64,000 bases of DNA from Alphaproteobacteria bacterium (GTDB lineage: Bacteria > Pseudomonadota > Alphaproteobacteria > G965222575). Under the pieces are notes generated by a model. The model did not search any database. It was not told where the DNA came from and saw nothing but the letters and a program-made list of their open reading frames with translations. Every line of letters starts with the position of its first letter. Position 1 is the stretch's first letter. Location of the stretch: the NCBI GenBank assembly GCA_965222575.1, contig OZ244958.1, positions 216,072 to 280,071 on the forward strand, in the 5' to 3' direction. A program made the position numbers and the translations under genes. Of this stretch, positions 38,963 through 48,567 are shown in pieces.

Positions 38963-40053
38963 GAGGGAGTACTGGTGGTGGTATCGTCTACTTCTAGCAG
39001 GGTAAGGTTTTCTCTTAATTTTCCCAGTATATTAAAAGAAACGAGGCGTAGAACAACTTCTAACGCGCTCTTAATTCCCTCTTCAGAGCTACCGCCATGG
39101 CTTTTAACGGAAATACCGTTCAGTCCAATGAGCATACCGCCATTATATTGGCTTGGCGTGCAAATCTTTTGGAAGGATTGAAGATAAGGCAAGGCACAAC
39201 GGCCAACAATCTTCCCAACAAGAGAAGAAGAAAAGACCTCTTTTAAGGCAGTAGCCACGAAGTGTCCTGTTCCTTCAACAAGTTTCAGTCCAATGTTGCC
39301 CGTGAATCCGTCGGTAACAAAGACATCAGCAGCCCCCGCTAGCACTTCATTTCCCTCAGCAAATCCGTTGTATCGGAAAGGAAGAGAGAGTTTTTTTTTC
39401 TCTAAGATGTTGTGTGCTTCTCTCACGGAATCAATGCCTTTTCCGGTTTCTTCCCCTACATTGAGCAGGCTAACAGTTGGCATTTTTTTCCCCGTGACCA
39501 CACGAAAGAATAAAGCCCCCATGATAGCGAATTGTAAAAGATTTTGACTATCACACTGGACATTAGCCCCTAAGTCAATGACGGAAGAAAAGCCCTTTTC
39601 ATTAGGGAGAAACCCAATAATAGCAGGACGGTGGACGCCCGGTAGCGTGCCAAGAAGAATTTTGCTCATGGCCACAAGAGCCCCTGTGTTGCCACTGGAC
39701 AGAATAGCATTGCTCCGCCCTTTTTTGACATCTAAAATGGCAGCATACATGCTGGATTTTTTCCCCTGCCGTAAGGCAACAGAGGGCTTATCATAATCAG
39801 AGATAACATCTTGAACATCAATGATGGTGATATACTCTCTTTTCTGGGGCAGCAAGGGTAAGAGCTGCTCTTGTTTGCCAAAGAGGCGAAAAACCACATG
39901 AGGCCAATCTTGATGCGTTTTCAACACAGCAGCAATCACAGCTTGCGGGGCATATTGCCCCCCCATAGCATCAATAGCAATAGGAAACCTCTCGTCTTTT
40001 TTGCCAAAAAGAGGTCTGAAAACAGCACCACGGTCTTTAAGCGGACGCGTCAT
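38959..40053 (-). CDS. plsX: phosphate acyltransferase PlsX
   Basis: IAIDAMGG motif and rpmF-plsX-fabH synteny. Confidence 0.85.
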
Positions 40054-40249
40054 CTACTTTTTCTTCTTCTTCTGAAGGCCGTAGGAGTACAGCACGCCCT
40101 TTATAGTAACCACAAGCCTGACAAACATGAAAGGCAAGTTTTGTCTCACCGCAATGAGAACACTTCGTTAAAGCAGGAGAGCCTACTCTATGGTGAGAAC
40201 GTCTCATATCTCGCTTGGAGCAAGACGTTTTCCTTTTAGGAACCGCCAT
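40037..40249 (-). CDS. rpmF: 50S ribosomal protein L32 with acidic C-terminal tail
   Basis: MAVPKRKTS...[20 protein letters not shown]. Confidence 0.8.
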   Translation of the reverse strand: MAVPKRKTSCSKRDMRRSHHRVGSPALTKCSHCGETKLAFHVCQACGYYKGRAVLLRPSEEEEKVDDASA

Positions 40250-40420
40250 TTCCCTTTATCTTTAGTGATTGTTTTACATCCGTAGTCCATTTAGGGTATC
40301 TGATAATCCCTTGTGAGTCTAGACAAAAATCATGGGGTGATGAAGGCGTATCGTTCGCAATTTTTAAGAGAGGCAGTTGCTAGGCGCTTTCAGTCATGAT
40401 GAGGCGTGCGTCATGGTCTA

Positions 40421-40963
40421 CTAGGGGCTAGGCCACTTCAGAGGAGAGGCAGCAGTAGTAGCGTTGTTAAGTTGGGTTTCCATGAGGGAGAGTGCCTGCT
40501 GAAGGTAAAGAAGGGAGGCTGTAGTGTTAGGGGGTGTACAGGTACCATAGAGATTACGATTGAGGGCGTTTTGCAGGGAGAGGTGATGAGGAAGGTTTTT
40601 ACCATAGGCTATCAGGCGTCCTCCTATGGCCCGTGTCATTGTGTTGAGTTTAGGTCCCACGCCGAAGTCGCTAACGCCCTGTAGCCGCACAGCCATATCG
40701 AGATGCTTGATACAACTGTTATAGACTTTATGAACGAGTCTTTTTTGTCCTGTGTTGCGTAAGGCTGTGAGGACACAAAACAAGTGCAGGACGAGAAGCT
40801 CAAATCGTCCATCTATGGTATCTGGAATATGAAAGGGAGGAGCATAGAATTTAGGATGGCGTGCTTGCTGAGCAAGGTCAAGATAGAGGATATTGGCGCG
40901 TGTATTTTCTGTAGCGCGTGCTTTTAAGAAGGCAATAATAGACATATCAGGCAGTGAAGCCAA
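40421..40963 (-). CDS. ubiquinol-cytochrome c chaperone (Cbp3/UQCC1-like) domain protein
   Basis: LYLDLAQQARHPKFY...PDTIDGRFELLVLHLF pattern. This position upstream of rpmF is typical in alphaproteobacteria. Confidence 0.5.
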   Translation of the reverse strand: MASLPDMSIIAFLKARATENTRANILYLDLAQQARHPKFYAPPFHIPDTIDGRFELLVLHLFCVLTALRNTGQKRLVHKVYNSCIKHLDMAVRLQGVSDFGVGPKLNTMTRAIGGRLIAYGKNLPHHLSLQNALNRNLYGTCTPPNTTASLLYLQQALSLMETQLNNATTAASPLKWPSP

Positions 40964-43900
40964 AGGTTAGTCCTAAGAGGGCGTTTTCGATTTTATAGGA
41001 GAGCAGTCCGGGCAAGGTGAGTGATCCTTTTATGGGTGTGTCTTTGAAGATGAGTGTTAGGTGGCACTGTCCATTTTTTTCAAGGAGGCGGTGGTTTTTA
41101 TAAGCGTTGAAGAGGATGTTCAGGTCTTCTGTTGAGGTGATGTTGACCCATAGTTGCGTTGAGTGTTGGGCGTAGAAGTCTTGGAAGTTTATGGTGCTGA
41201 AGCAATGGATATAGCCGGTTTGTTTTTCCATTTCTACAATAACCAGTGCGCCGGTCTTGAGGGTGTCTTGGAAGGATGTTTGTTTATTCCCAGAGAGAAT
41301 CAGGGTAAACACCTTGCCAAAGTCCATGAGTTTGAGGAGGGAATAGGGCGCCCCTTTTTTTCCTATGCCTTTTTCTTTTTGTAAGACGACAACGGGGACT
41401 TTTTGTCGTTTGCCTGAGCCGCGTCCTATGTTATGGAAAAACGGGCTCAAGCCGAGGCGTTTGAGGAGGGGTTCTTGTCCTTCTAAGGGATGGGGTAGGA
41501 AGGTGAGGTCACAGGCAGTATATTCCCGCACAATGGCTTCTCTTCTAGACCAGGGCGTAGCAGGTGTGGTAAGGAGGTCAGTGACATTGATATCTGAGGG
41601 TTCAAAAAGCCCTCCTTGGGTGTTAGCAAGTTGTTTAGCCACCTCTATGAGTCTGGGAAGATTATGGTACAGGGTTGCTCTATTAGGGTCTAAGCAATCT
41701 AAAGCCCCTGCTATGATGAGGTGTTCTAGCTGTCTTTTTGTTACCCCTTGCGTACGGCGGAGAAAATCGGCAAGATTTTTGAAGGAGCCATGTTCTTTGC
41801 GGTTTTGCACAAGATTTTTGACGGTGAGTTCGCTGACATTTTTGATATCGCAAAGTCCGAAGAGGACGCTTTTTTTCTCATTCTGTTGTTGAACAGAGAA
41901 GGTAACATCTGAGGTATTGACGCAAGGTGAGATGAGAGGGATTCCTCTTTTTTTGAGTTCTTCTCTATAGAGGAGTAGTTTTTCGGGTTTATCTCTATCG
42001 AGGGCCATGGCGGAGGCGGCGAATTCACAAGGGTAGTAGGTTTTAAGCCAAGCTGTTTCATAGGCTATCAAGGCATAAGAAGCCCCATGGGCTTTATTGA
42101 AGCCATAGCCGGCGAATTTTTCGATTTTGTCAAAGACTTTGGTTGCAAGTTGCGCGGAAACTTTGTGGAGGTTTTGAGCACCCTTGATAAATTCCTGTCG
42201 TTGAAGAGCCATTTCTTGGGAATCTTTTTTCCCCATGGCGCGGCGGAGGAGGTCAGCTTGACTTAAGGAGAAGCCGGCGAAGACTTGTGCAATCTGTAGC
42301 ACTTGTTCTTGATAAATAATAATCCCGTAAGTGTCTTTGGTGATAGGGGTGATACTCTCGTGCAAAAGAGGAGGAATAGCTTTCCCATTCTTGGCTTTAA
42401 TATAGTTAGGAATGTTTTCCATAGGCCCCGGTCTATAGAGGGAGACAAGAGCAATTAAGTCTTCAATGTTATTGGGTTTTGCCTCTATTAGCAGCTCGCG
42501 CATGCCCTCGCTTTCAAACTGAAAGACCCCTGTGGTGTCTCCTTTGTTCATGAGCGCCATGACCAAAGGAGAGGCTTTTTTCTTATCCATAGCAGGCACT
42601 GTGCCGTAGTTACGGCGTATCATTTCCCATGTATTATGAATGACAGTGAGTGTCTTAAGCCCTAAAAAGTCAAATTTTATCAAGCCCGCTTGTTCCACAT
42701 CTTTCATGGAGAACTGCGTGGCAGCCATAGCAGATTTTGGGTCTTTATAAAGAGGAACGGTTTCCATGAGGGGTTTGTTGCTAATGACAAGGCCTGCGGC
42801 GTGGATGGAGGGGTGTCGATAGAGTCCCTCTAGGCGTATGATGATTTCAAAGAGTTTTTTGACTGTTGGGTCATTGCGTTTTTGTTCCTGTAGGACAGGT
42901 TCGTCTTTGAGGATTTCTTGAAAAGGCTTAGGATTGATTGGCATAAAGGGAATACGCTTAGAGAGCGCATCCACTTGAGCATAGGGCATAGAGAGGACTC
43001 TACCGACATCTCTAATAGCCATTTTCGCCTGTAGTTTTCCAAAGGTTATTATCTGAGCCACCTTGTCTTCACCATATTGCTTACGGACATATTCCAGGAT
43101 TTCCGGTCGTCTGTAAGGGCAAAAATCAATATCAAAGTCTGGCCATGAAACGCGTTTAGGGTTTAAGAAGCGTTCAAAAACCAAATGGAATTGTAACGGG
43201 TCTACATCTGTTATGCCGAGGCACCAAGCCACAAGGGAGCTTGCCCCAGAGCCGCGTCCGGGGCCGACGGGAATCTTTTGCTGTCGTGCCCAATTGACAA
43301 TATCCGCCACAATGAGAAAATAGCCTGCAAACTTCAAGGAGCAAATAATGTCTAGTTCCTCCTCTAGTCTCTTTTGATAAAGCTGGACTTTGTTCTTGGG
43401 GAGAGATTTTTTCTTCAAGCCTGTGGCGGCTTTTGTCCTGAGCAAGGTTTCTTGGGTTTCTTGTTTTGGCGTTTTGAAAAGAGGCAAGGAGGGAGCTCTG
43501 GTTTCAAAGAGTGCGGCACAACGTTTGGCAATGAGGAGGGTATTTTCCACAGCATCAGGCAAGTCGGAGAAAAGTGCTTTCATGTCTTCAGGCGGTCTGA
43601 AAGCAAAGGAGTCGTTTAACATCACCCGCGTAGGGTCAGTGAGCACTTTTTTTTGCGTAATACGCATCAACACATCATGGGCTTCACGTTGTTCTTTGGT
43701 ATCAAAATAACAATCATTGGTAGCAACTAAAGGCAAGCGATAGCGGTGAGAAAGTTTGAGAAGAGCACGGTGGTATTTTTGTTCTTGAGGCAGTCCGTGA
43801 CGAGAAAGCTCAAGGTACAAACGATGAGAGAAGGCCTCTTGGAATTGTTGTAGTAGCGGGAGAGGATTACCGCCTTGTGAGAGGATGTGTTCTAAGGGCC

Positions 43901-44297
43901 CTGTGTTACCGCCTGTGAGAAGGATGAGGTCTTGTGTGCAAGCCTTAAGGGCTTCCCACGGGAGTCCTTCTCCTTGAAATTTCAGATACGCTTGACTGCT
44001 CAAGCGGATGAGGTTTTTCAGTCCTCTTGGCGTAGCCGCTAAGAGGAGGACGGAAGGGTGTGTTTTGTCTTTAGCATTTAAGATTAACGGCATCAAGCAC
44101 CCCACAATGGGTTGGATGCCCTTATTTTTTAAGGTTTGGCAAAAGATCTGTCCCCCTGCAAGATTGACTTCATCAGTCATAGCCACGGCAGGCATACGAT
44201 ATTCTCTACAACGTTTAGCAATTTGTTCAGGGGAAAGCATACCCTTGCCGAAAGAGTACCGCGTTCTAAGCCTAAGATGAACAAAGGGCGCACTCAT
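40947..44297 (-). CDS. dnaE: DNA polymerase III alpha subunit
   Basis: PHP domain start FVHLRLRTRYSF and full-length DnaE sequence. Probable start MSAPFVHL at 44297; the ORF is open to 44321. Confidence 0.9.
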   Translation of the reverse strand: MSAPFVHLRLRTRYSFGKGMLSPEQIAKRCREYRMPAVAMTDEVNLAGGQIFCQTLKNKGIQPIVGCLMPLILNAKDKTHPSVLLLAATPRGLKNLIRLSSQAYLKFQGEGLPWEALKACTQDLILLTGGNTGPLEHILSQGGNPLPLLQQFQEAFSHRLYLELSRHGLPQEQKYHRALLKLSHRYRLPLVATNDCYFDTKEQREAHDVLMRITQKKVLTDPTRVMLNDSFAFRPPEDMKALFSDLPDAVENTLLIAKRCAALFETRAPSLPLFKTPKQETQETLLRTKAATGLKKKSLPKNKVQLYQKRLEEELDIICSLKFAGYFLIVADIVNWARQQKIPVGPGRGSGASSLVAWCLGITDVDPLQFHLVFERFLNPKRVSWPDFDIDFCPYRRPEILEYVRKQYGEDKVAQIITFGKLQAKMAIRDVGRVLSMPYAQVDALSKRIPFMPINPKPFQEILKDEPVLQEQKRNDPTVKKLFEIIIRLEGLYRHPSIHAAGLVISNKPLMETVPLYKDPKSAMAATQFSMKDVEQAGLIKFDFLGLKTLTVIHNTWEMIRRNYGTVPAMDKKKASPLVMALMNKGDTTGVFQFESEGMRELLIEAKPNNIEDLIALVSLYRPGPMENIPNYIKAKNGKAIPPLLHESITPITKDTYGIIIYQEQVLQIAQVFAGFSLSQADLLRRAMGKKDSQEMALQRQEFIKGAQNLHKVSAQLATKVFDKIEKFAGYGFNKAHGASYALIAYETAWLKTYYPCEFAASAMALDRDKPEKLLLYREELKKRGIPLISPCVNTSDVTFSVQQQNEKKSVLFGLCDIKNVSELTVKNLVQNRKEHGSFKNLADFLRRTQGVTKRQLEHLIIAGALDCLDPNRATLYHNLPRLIEVAKQLANTQGGLFEPSDINVTDLLTTPATPWSRREAIVREYTACDLTFLPHPLEGQEPLLKRLGLSPFFHNIGRGSGKRQKVPVVVLQKEKGIGKKGAPYSLLKLMDFGKVFTLILSGNKQTSFQDTLKTGALVIVEMEKQTGYIHCFSTINFQDFYAQHSTQLWVNITSTEDLNILFNAYKNHRLLEKNGQCHLTLIFKDTPIKGSLTLPGLLSYKIENALLGLTFGFTA

Positions 44298-45040
44298 AGC
44301 ACTAAGCCGCACAAGGGGCAACGAGGGTCAGGTGGCACAGCGGTTTTTTTTATCACCATTGTCTCAAAATCACAGGTCATAAGGGAGCCTATGAGGGATT
44401 TTTTGCCTAGTATCTGTTTTATAACCTCTAAGGCTTGGAGTGTGCCCATCACGCCTGCGCAAGCCCCTAGCACTCCCTGTTGACAGGAGTCAATGGGACT
44501 TGTTTGCAGGGTTTCTGAGAAGAGGCAAAATAAGCAAGGGGTTTCTTTAGTCCAAGGACAAAATGTTGTCAGGTACCCTTTCATCGTGGAAACGGCAGCA
44601 AAGATGAGGGGTTTACGATGTTTATAGCACTGTCTTGCAATAAGAGCCCTTGAGGCGGGATTATCGGTTGCATCAACAACCCATTGATAAGAGTCTAGGG
44701 GGGTGTGCTGATGAAAGGCGTGTTGAGCGGTTTTCACCTGTACAGTGGGATTATTGGCTTTAAGGGCTTTTTTTAGGATAAAAACCTTAGGGAGTCCGAT
44801 ATGTTTTGTATGGTAGGGGACTTGTCTTGAGAGGTTTTCCAGTTCAATGACATCGGGGTCTATGATGGTGAGGTTGTGTACCCCGCCTGCGGCTAGGTAC
44901 AAAGCGGCCACAGAGCCTAAGCCGCCGGCGCCGATGAGGAGGACGGAAGCATGAGCAAGGGCTTTTTGTCCTAGGCACCCGACCTGTGGGGTATCAAGTT
45001 GCCGTTGATAGCGCCTTAAGAAGTTTTGTTGTTGTGTCAC
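44294..45040 (-). CDS. ThiF/MoeB/HesA family E1-like adenylyltransferase
   Basis: LLIGAGGLGS nucleotide-binding loop and a C-terminal CxxC pair. Confidence 0.7.
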   Translation of the reverse strand: MTQQQNFLRRYQRQLDTPQVGCLGQKALAHASVLLIGAGGLGSVAALYLAAGGVHNLTIIDPDVIELENLSRQVPYHTKHIGLPKVFILKKALKANNPTVQVKTAQHAFHQHTPLDSYQWVVDATDNPASRALIARQCYKHRKPLIFAAVSTMKGYLTTFCPWTKETPCLFCLFSETLQTSPIDSCQQGVLGACAGVMGTLQALEVIKQILGKKSLIGSLMTCDFETMVIKKTAVPPDPRCPLCGLVL

Positions 45041-46284
45041 TGATTGGGACAGGAGGAGCGCTTTTGTTGAAAGGGGATTATTGTTCTGAGTTGTTGGTTT
45101 TCGAGAGCGTGGGCTATTTCTTCCACGAGTTCTTGTGCGATGAGGGTTTTGAGTTTTTTCTCTCCCAATTTTGGGATAGTGAGATTATCTTTGAGGAGTC
45201 TAATCTGATTAAAGTCACTGCCTAGAGGGAAGCCATTCTGTAAGGGGTTGTTGACCATCCAGTCGCATTGTTTTTGGAGGCGTTTTCTTTGGGCTTTTTC
45301 TGCATTAGACAGGGCGAATCCGATAACCAGTGGGGGTCTGTTTTGTGCTGTTGCAACGGTGTGTAGGATATCAGGTGTTTGAGAGAGGAAAATGGCATGT
45401 TGGGAGTTTTTGTCTGGTTTTCCGTTCTGATAAGCTGTTGGTGTATAATCTGAAACGGCAGCGGTTGCGATAAAAACATCTGCGGGCAGTGCGTTTAAGG
45501 AGGCATCGAGCATATCGTACACTGAGGTGACGGAGATGGTATTGAGCAGCGGTGGCGGTGGGAGAGAGGTAGGCCCTGAGATGAGTGTAACGTCTGCGCC
45601 GGCCTCTTGGCATTTTTGAGCAATGGCATAGCCTTGCTTACCGGAAGAGGCATTTGATAGGAATCGGATGGTATCGATATGTTCACGTGTAGGCCCAGCG
45701 GTAATGACAATTTTTTTACCGCTTAAGCGTGTGGGTTTAAGAGTGCGGCAAACGGCGTCAATAATGTCTTGCGTATCAGCTAAGCGTCCGTCTCCGACTT
45801 CGCCGCAAGCTTGTTCCCCGGTGCAAGGGCCGCAAAAGAGGACGCCATCTTTTTTCAAGGTGTTGACATTGCGTTGTGTCGCCTTACTGTGCCACATATT
45901 TTTGTTCATAGCGGGAGCGACGACGAGGGGACAGTGTCGTGCGAGGCACAGAGCGGCGGCTAAATCCTCTGCTGCACCTGTTGCTAGACGTGACAAAAAA
46001 TTCGCAGTCCCAGGCACCACAAGAATCAGGTCTCCTTTTCGTTCATAAGAGATATGCGGCATAGGCGCGAAGCCTTTTTTGCGCTCAAAGAGGTCTTCTA
46101 ATACCCGGTTGCCTGTTAAGCTTTCAAACAGCAAAGGGGAGACAAAGGCTTGTGCGGCAGTTGTTAGCACACAATGGACGGAAGCCCCAAGTTTTTTTAA
46201 GCCACGCACCACAAGACAAGCCTTATAAGCACCGACTCCTCCGGTGACAATCACAATCAGCGTCTTGTTCTCCAACACCATCAA
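45037..46284 (-). CDS. coaBC: bifunctional phosphopantothenoylcysteine decarboxylase / phosphopantothenate-cysteine ligase
   Basis: N-terminal flavoprotein domain (IVIVTGGVGAYK) plus a C-terminal CoaB domain; 415 aa. Confidence 0.85.
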   Translation of the reverse strand: MMVLENKTLIVIVTGGVGAYKACLVVRGLKKLGASVHCVLTTAAQAFVSPLLFESLTGNRVLEDLFERKKGFAPMPHISYERKGDLILVVPGTANFLSRLATGAAEDLAAALCLARHCPLVVAPAMNKNMWHSKATQRNVNTLKKDGVLFCGPCTGEQACGEVGDGRLADTQDIIDAVCRTLKPTRLSGKKIVITAGPTREHIDTIRFLSNASSGKQGYAIAQKCQEAGADVTLISGPTSLPPPPLLNTISVTSVYDMLDASLNALPADVFIATAAVSDYTPTAYQNGKPDKNSQHAIFLSQTPDILHTVATAQNRPPLVIGFALSNAEKAQRKRLQKQCDWMVNNPLQNGFPLGSDFNQIRLLKDNLTIPKLGEKKLKTLIAQELVEEIAHALENQQLRTIIPFQQKRSSCPNQ

Positions 46285-47021
46285 ACCATTACCATTCCGC
46301 CATTGATATGTAAGGTCTGTCCCGTGATATACTGTCCACTTTGCCCGGCTAGGAACACAACCCCTTGGGCAACATCCTCCGCTGTCCCCAAAACACCCAT
46401 AGGAATAGTTTGAAGCGCCATATTTTTTACCTCTTGCGGTAAGTCTTTAGTCATATCGGTCTGAATATAGCCCGGGGCAACGCAGTTGACGGTAATCCCG
46501 CGTTTCGCCACCTCCCGCGCCATAGACTTTGTCCAACCCCCAAGCCCTGCCTTAGAAGCCGCATAAACAGTCTGTCCCGCATTACCCGTCGTCCCAACAA
46601 CAGAAGAAATAGAAATAATTCTTCCCCAAGATTGTTGCACCATATTCCTTAAAAAAGCTTGAGCGAGAAAGAATCCCGCTTTGAGATTCACACACATCAC
46701 CTCCTCCCAATCCCGTTCTTTTACCCTAAGGGCCAAGGTATCCCTTGTCATGCCCGCATTGTTGACAAAAATATCAACAGACAAACGGTGCTGTTTCAAA
46801 AAATCCTTAACCTCAAGGACGCCGTTTGGAGATTTCAAGTCCTGTACACAAACCACTGCTCCCTCTAAATTGCGCGCAAGCTCTTCTAAGACCGTTTGCC
46901 GCCGACCAGATAAAATCACCCGCACCCCGCGTACTGTAAGTGCCTCCGCCACAGACATCCCAATCCCCCCAGACGCCCCTGTCACAAAAGCAACCTTACC
47001 AACAAGAGAAGAAGACATCAT
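46281..47021 (-). CDS. fabG: 3-oxoacyl-ACP reductase
   Basis: VTGASGGIG glycine-rich loop and the SDR motif YAASKAG. Confidence 0.85.
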   Translation of the reverse strand: MMSSSLVGKVAFVTGASGGIGMSVAEALTVRGVRVILSGRRQTVLEELARNLEGAVVCVQDLKSPNGVLEVKDFLKQHRLSVDIFVNNAGMTRDTLALRVKERDWEEVMCVNLKAGFFLAQAFLRNMVQQSWGRIISISSVVGTTGNAGQTVYAASKAGLGGWTKSMAREVAKRGITVNCVAPGYIQTDMTKDLPQEVKNMALQTIPMGVLGTAEDVAQGVVFLAGQSGQYITGQTLHINGGMVMV

Positions 47022-47080
47022 AACTATATACCCTCACTGTTTTTTCGTAAAAACCAACAGACCCTTTTTCATCAAAATCG

Positions 47081-47163
47081 TGCGGATGAGAGGAGTTGAA
47101 CCTCCACGAAGTTGCCTTCACTAGCACCTGAAGCTAGCGCGTCTACCGTTTCGCCACATCCGC
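47081..47163 (-). tRNA. tRNA-Leu (anticodon CAG)
   Basis: Manual cloverleaf: acceptor GCGGATG, anticodon loop TTCAGGT, long variable arm, T-loop TTCAACT, 83 nt. Confidence 0.75.
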
Positions 47164-47252
47164 CCCCAGACTTCAACATGATTGTACTCCAACCTGCCCC
47201 CGAAAAAAAGTAAGACTTTCTCACAATGACAAGACAGGACAGAAGTGTTACG

Positions 47253-48476
47253 TTAATAGCCTAAGAAAAAGAAAGCATACGCGACAATCACAGCAGGGAT
47301 GAGGGTATAAAGCGTGGCAATGAGCGAGGCTTTAGGGGCAAAAGTCAGCGCTGGAATAAGAGCATCGCCGTCGTTACTGATGGCGTTGCCTAGTTGCGAG
47401 GAAAATGGCAAAACATCTTGGACATAGAGTTGCGTGAGAATAATTTGCGGCCCGCAGTTTGGAATAATACCAATAGCAATAGCAAGGAGAGGCAAAAACA
47501 GACCTGAAGTGACTTTTATCATGTGCCAAGGGATTTGGAAGTAGGTATCAGCAGCTTGGAAAATCGTAAAGATAACCATAGTCCAAAAGGCAACGAAATG
47601 CAGATGAGACACATTGGTACTCAGAGGAGAGATAGAGGAAAGTTTTCTGTGAGGTTTCCCATCAACGATGTTGCCATCGCAAGGGCTATCTAAGGGTCTC
47701 CAAAGAGAGAGTATAGAAGCGCCGCCGAGGGAGAAGGCTAGGAGAGCACCAATGAAGGCTAGGAGTTGGAAGGTTTTTTCTAGGAAAGGCTCTATAGGAA
47801 AAGAGAAAGCCTGTATGAGAGCAAAGGGGATAATGACAAACAAGCATAGTAAAGACAGGCGGGAGAGGAATTTTGTCAGGGTAATGAGGGGTAAGGTTTT
47901 TTGCGGAGGGGTGGAAGAGGGCAGTGGTGAAGGGGAGCCTTTTTTATTTAAGGTTGGTTGCAAGAAGTCTTTACCATGAAGGGCTTCGATGAGATAGCCA
48001 TAGAGTATCCCTGTGACAGTGCAAAGGAAGATAATCCAAAGGGCTTGGAGGGGTTTTTGTACGAGGAGAATAAAAGCGGCATCGCCCATGGTAGCAGTGA
48101 GTGTTGCAATGATAGCACTGAAGCGGACTTTACCGAAGGTGAATAGGCTCACCACCATAATAGGGCCGCCGCATCCTGGTAGGGCGCCGAGGAGACCACT
48201 TGAGACCAGTTGAAAATGCAGATTTCTCTGAATGAAGGTATCAATACGAAAGCCTGTTGCCCCATAGAGAAAGCGGAGCAAAAAAGAGACCATTGCCACA
48301 AAGCACACCACTTGCAGGTAAGCTTGAGTGAAGGCTTCAAAAAGAATACGCGGAAAAAACAAAGCGAAAAGAGCGGTTGCAACAAAAACAGCCGTGATGA
48401 GAGGCGACCGCCGCAGGATTGCTAAGAAATCATACAGAAAAGGCAAGAAAGCATACTGTTGTTGTTGCGTTGTCAT
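47253..48476 (-). CDS. polytopic membrane protein, putative permease (two-repeat architecture with LPGCGGPI / IPNCGPQI motifs)
   Basis: About 10 predicted TM helices, an internal duplication, and a central Ser/Pro-rich linker. Family not identified with confidence. Confidence 0.4.
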   Translation of the reverse strand: MTTQQQQYAFLPFLYDFLAILRRSPLITAVFVATALFALFFPRILFEAFTQAYLQVVCFVAMVSFLLRFLYGATGFRIDTFIQRNLHFQLVSSGLLGALPGCGGPIMVVSLFTFGKVRFSAIIATLTATMGDAAFILLVQKPLQALWIIFLCTVTGILYGYLIEALHGKDFLQPTLNKKGSPSPLPSSTPPQKTLPLITLTKFLSRLSLLCLFVIIPFALIQAFSFPIEPFLEKTFQLLAFIGALLAFSLGGASILSLWRPLDSPCDGNIVDGKPHRKLSSISPLSTNVSHLHFVAFWTMVIFTIFQAADTYFQIPWHMIKVTSGLFLPLLAIAIGIIPNCGPQIILTQLYVQDVLPFSSQLGNAISNDGDALIPALTFAPKASLIATLYTLIPAVIVAYAFFFLGY

Positions 48477-48567
48477 TATTCCATCACAATAACAGATGAC
48501 TTGCTCTTTATTTTCTCACAGCCCATTTATCTTTCACACACATTCGAGTAGAGGTTGTTGTTTAGTT

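Noticed and set aside
46681-47124. 147-aa plus-strand ORF
   Set aside because: Antisense to fabG and overlaps tRNA-Leu.
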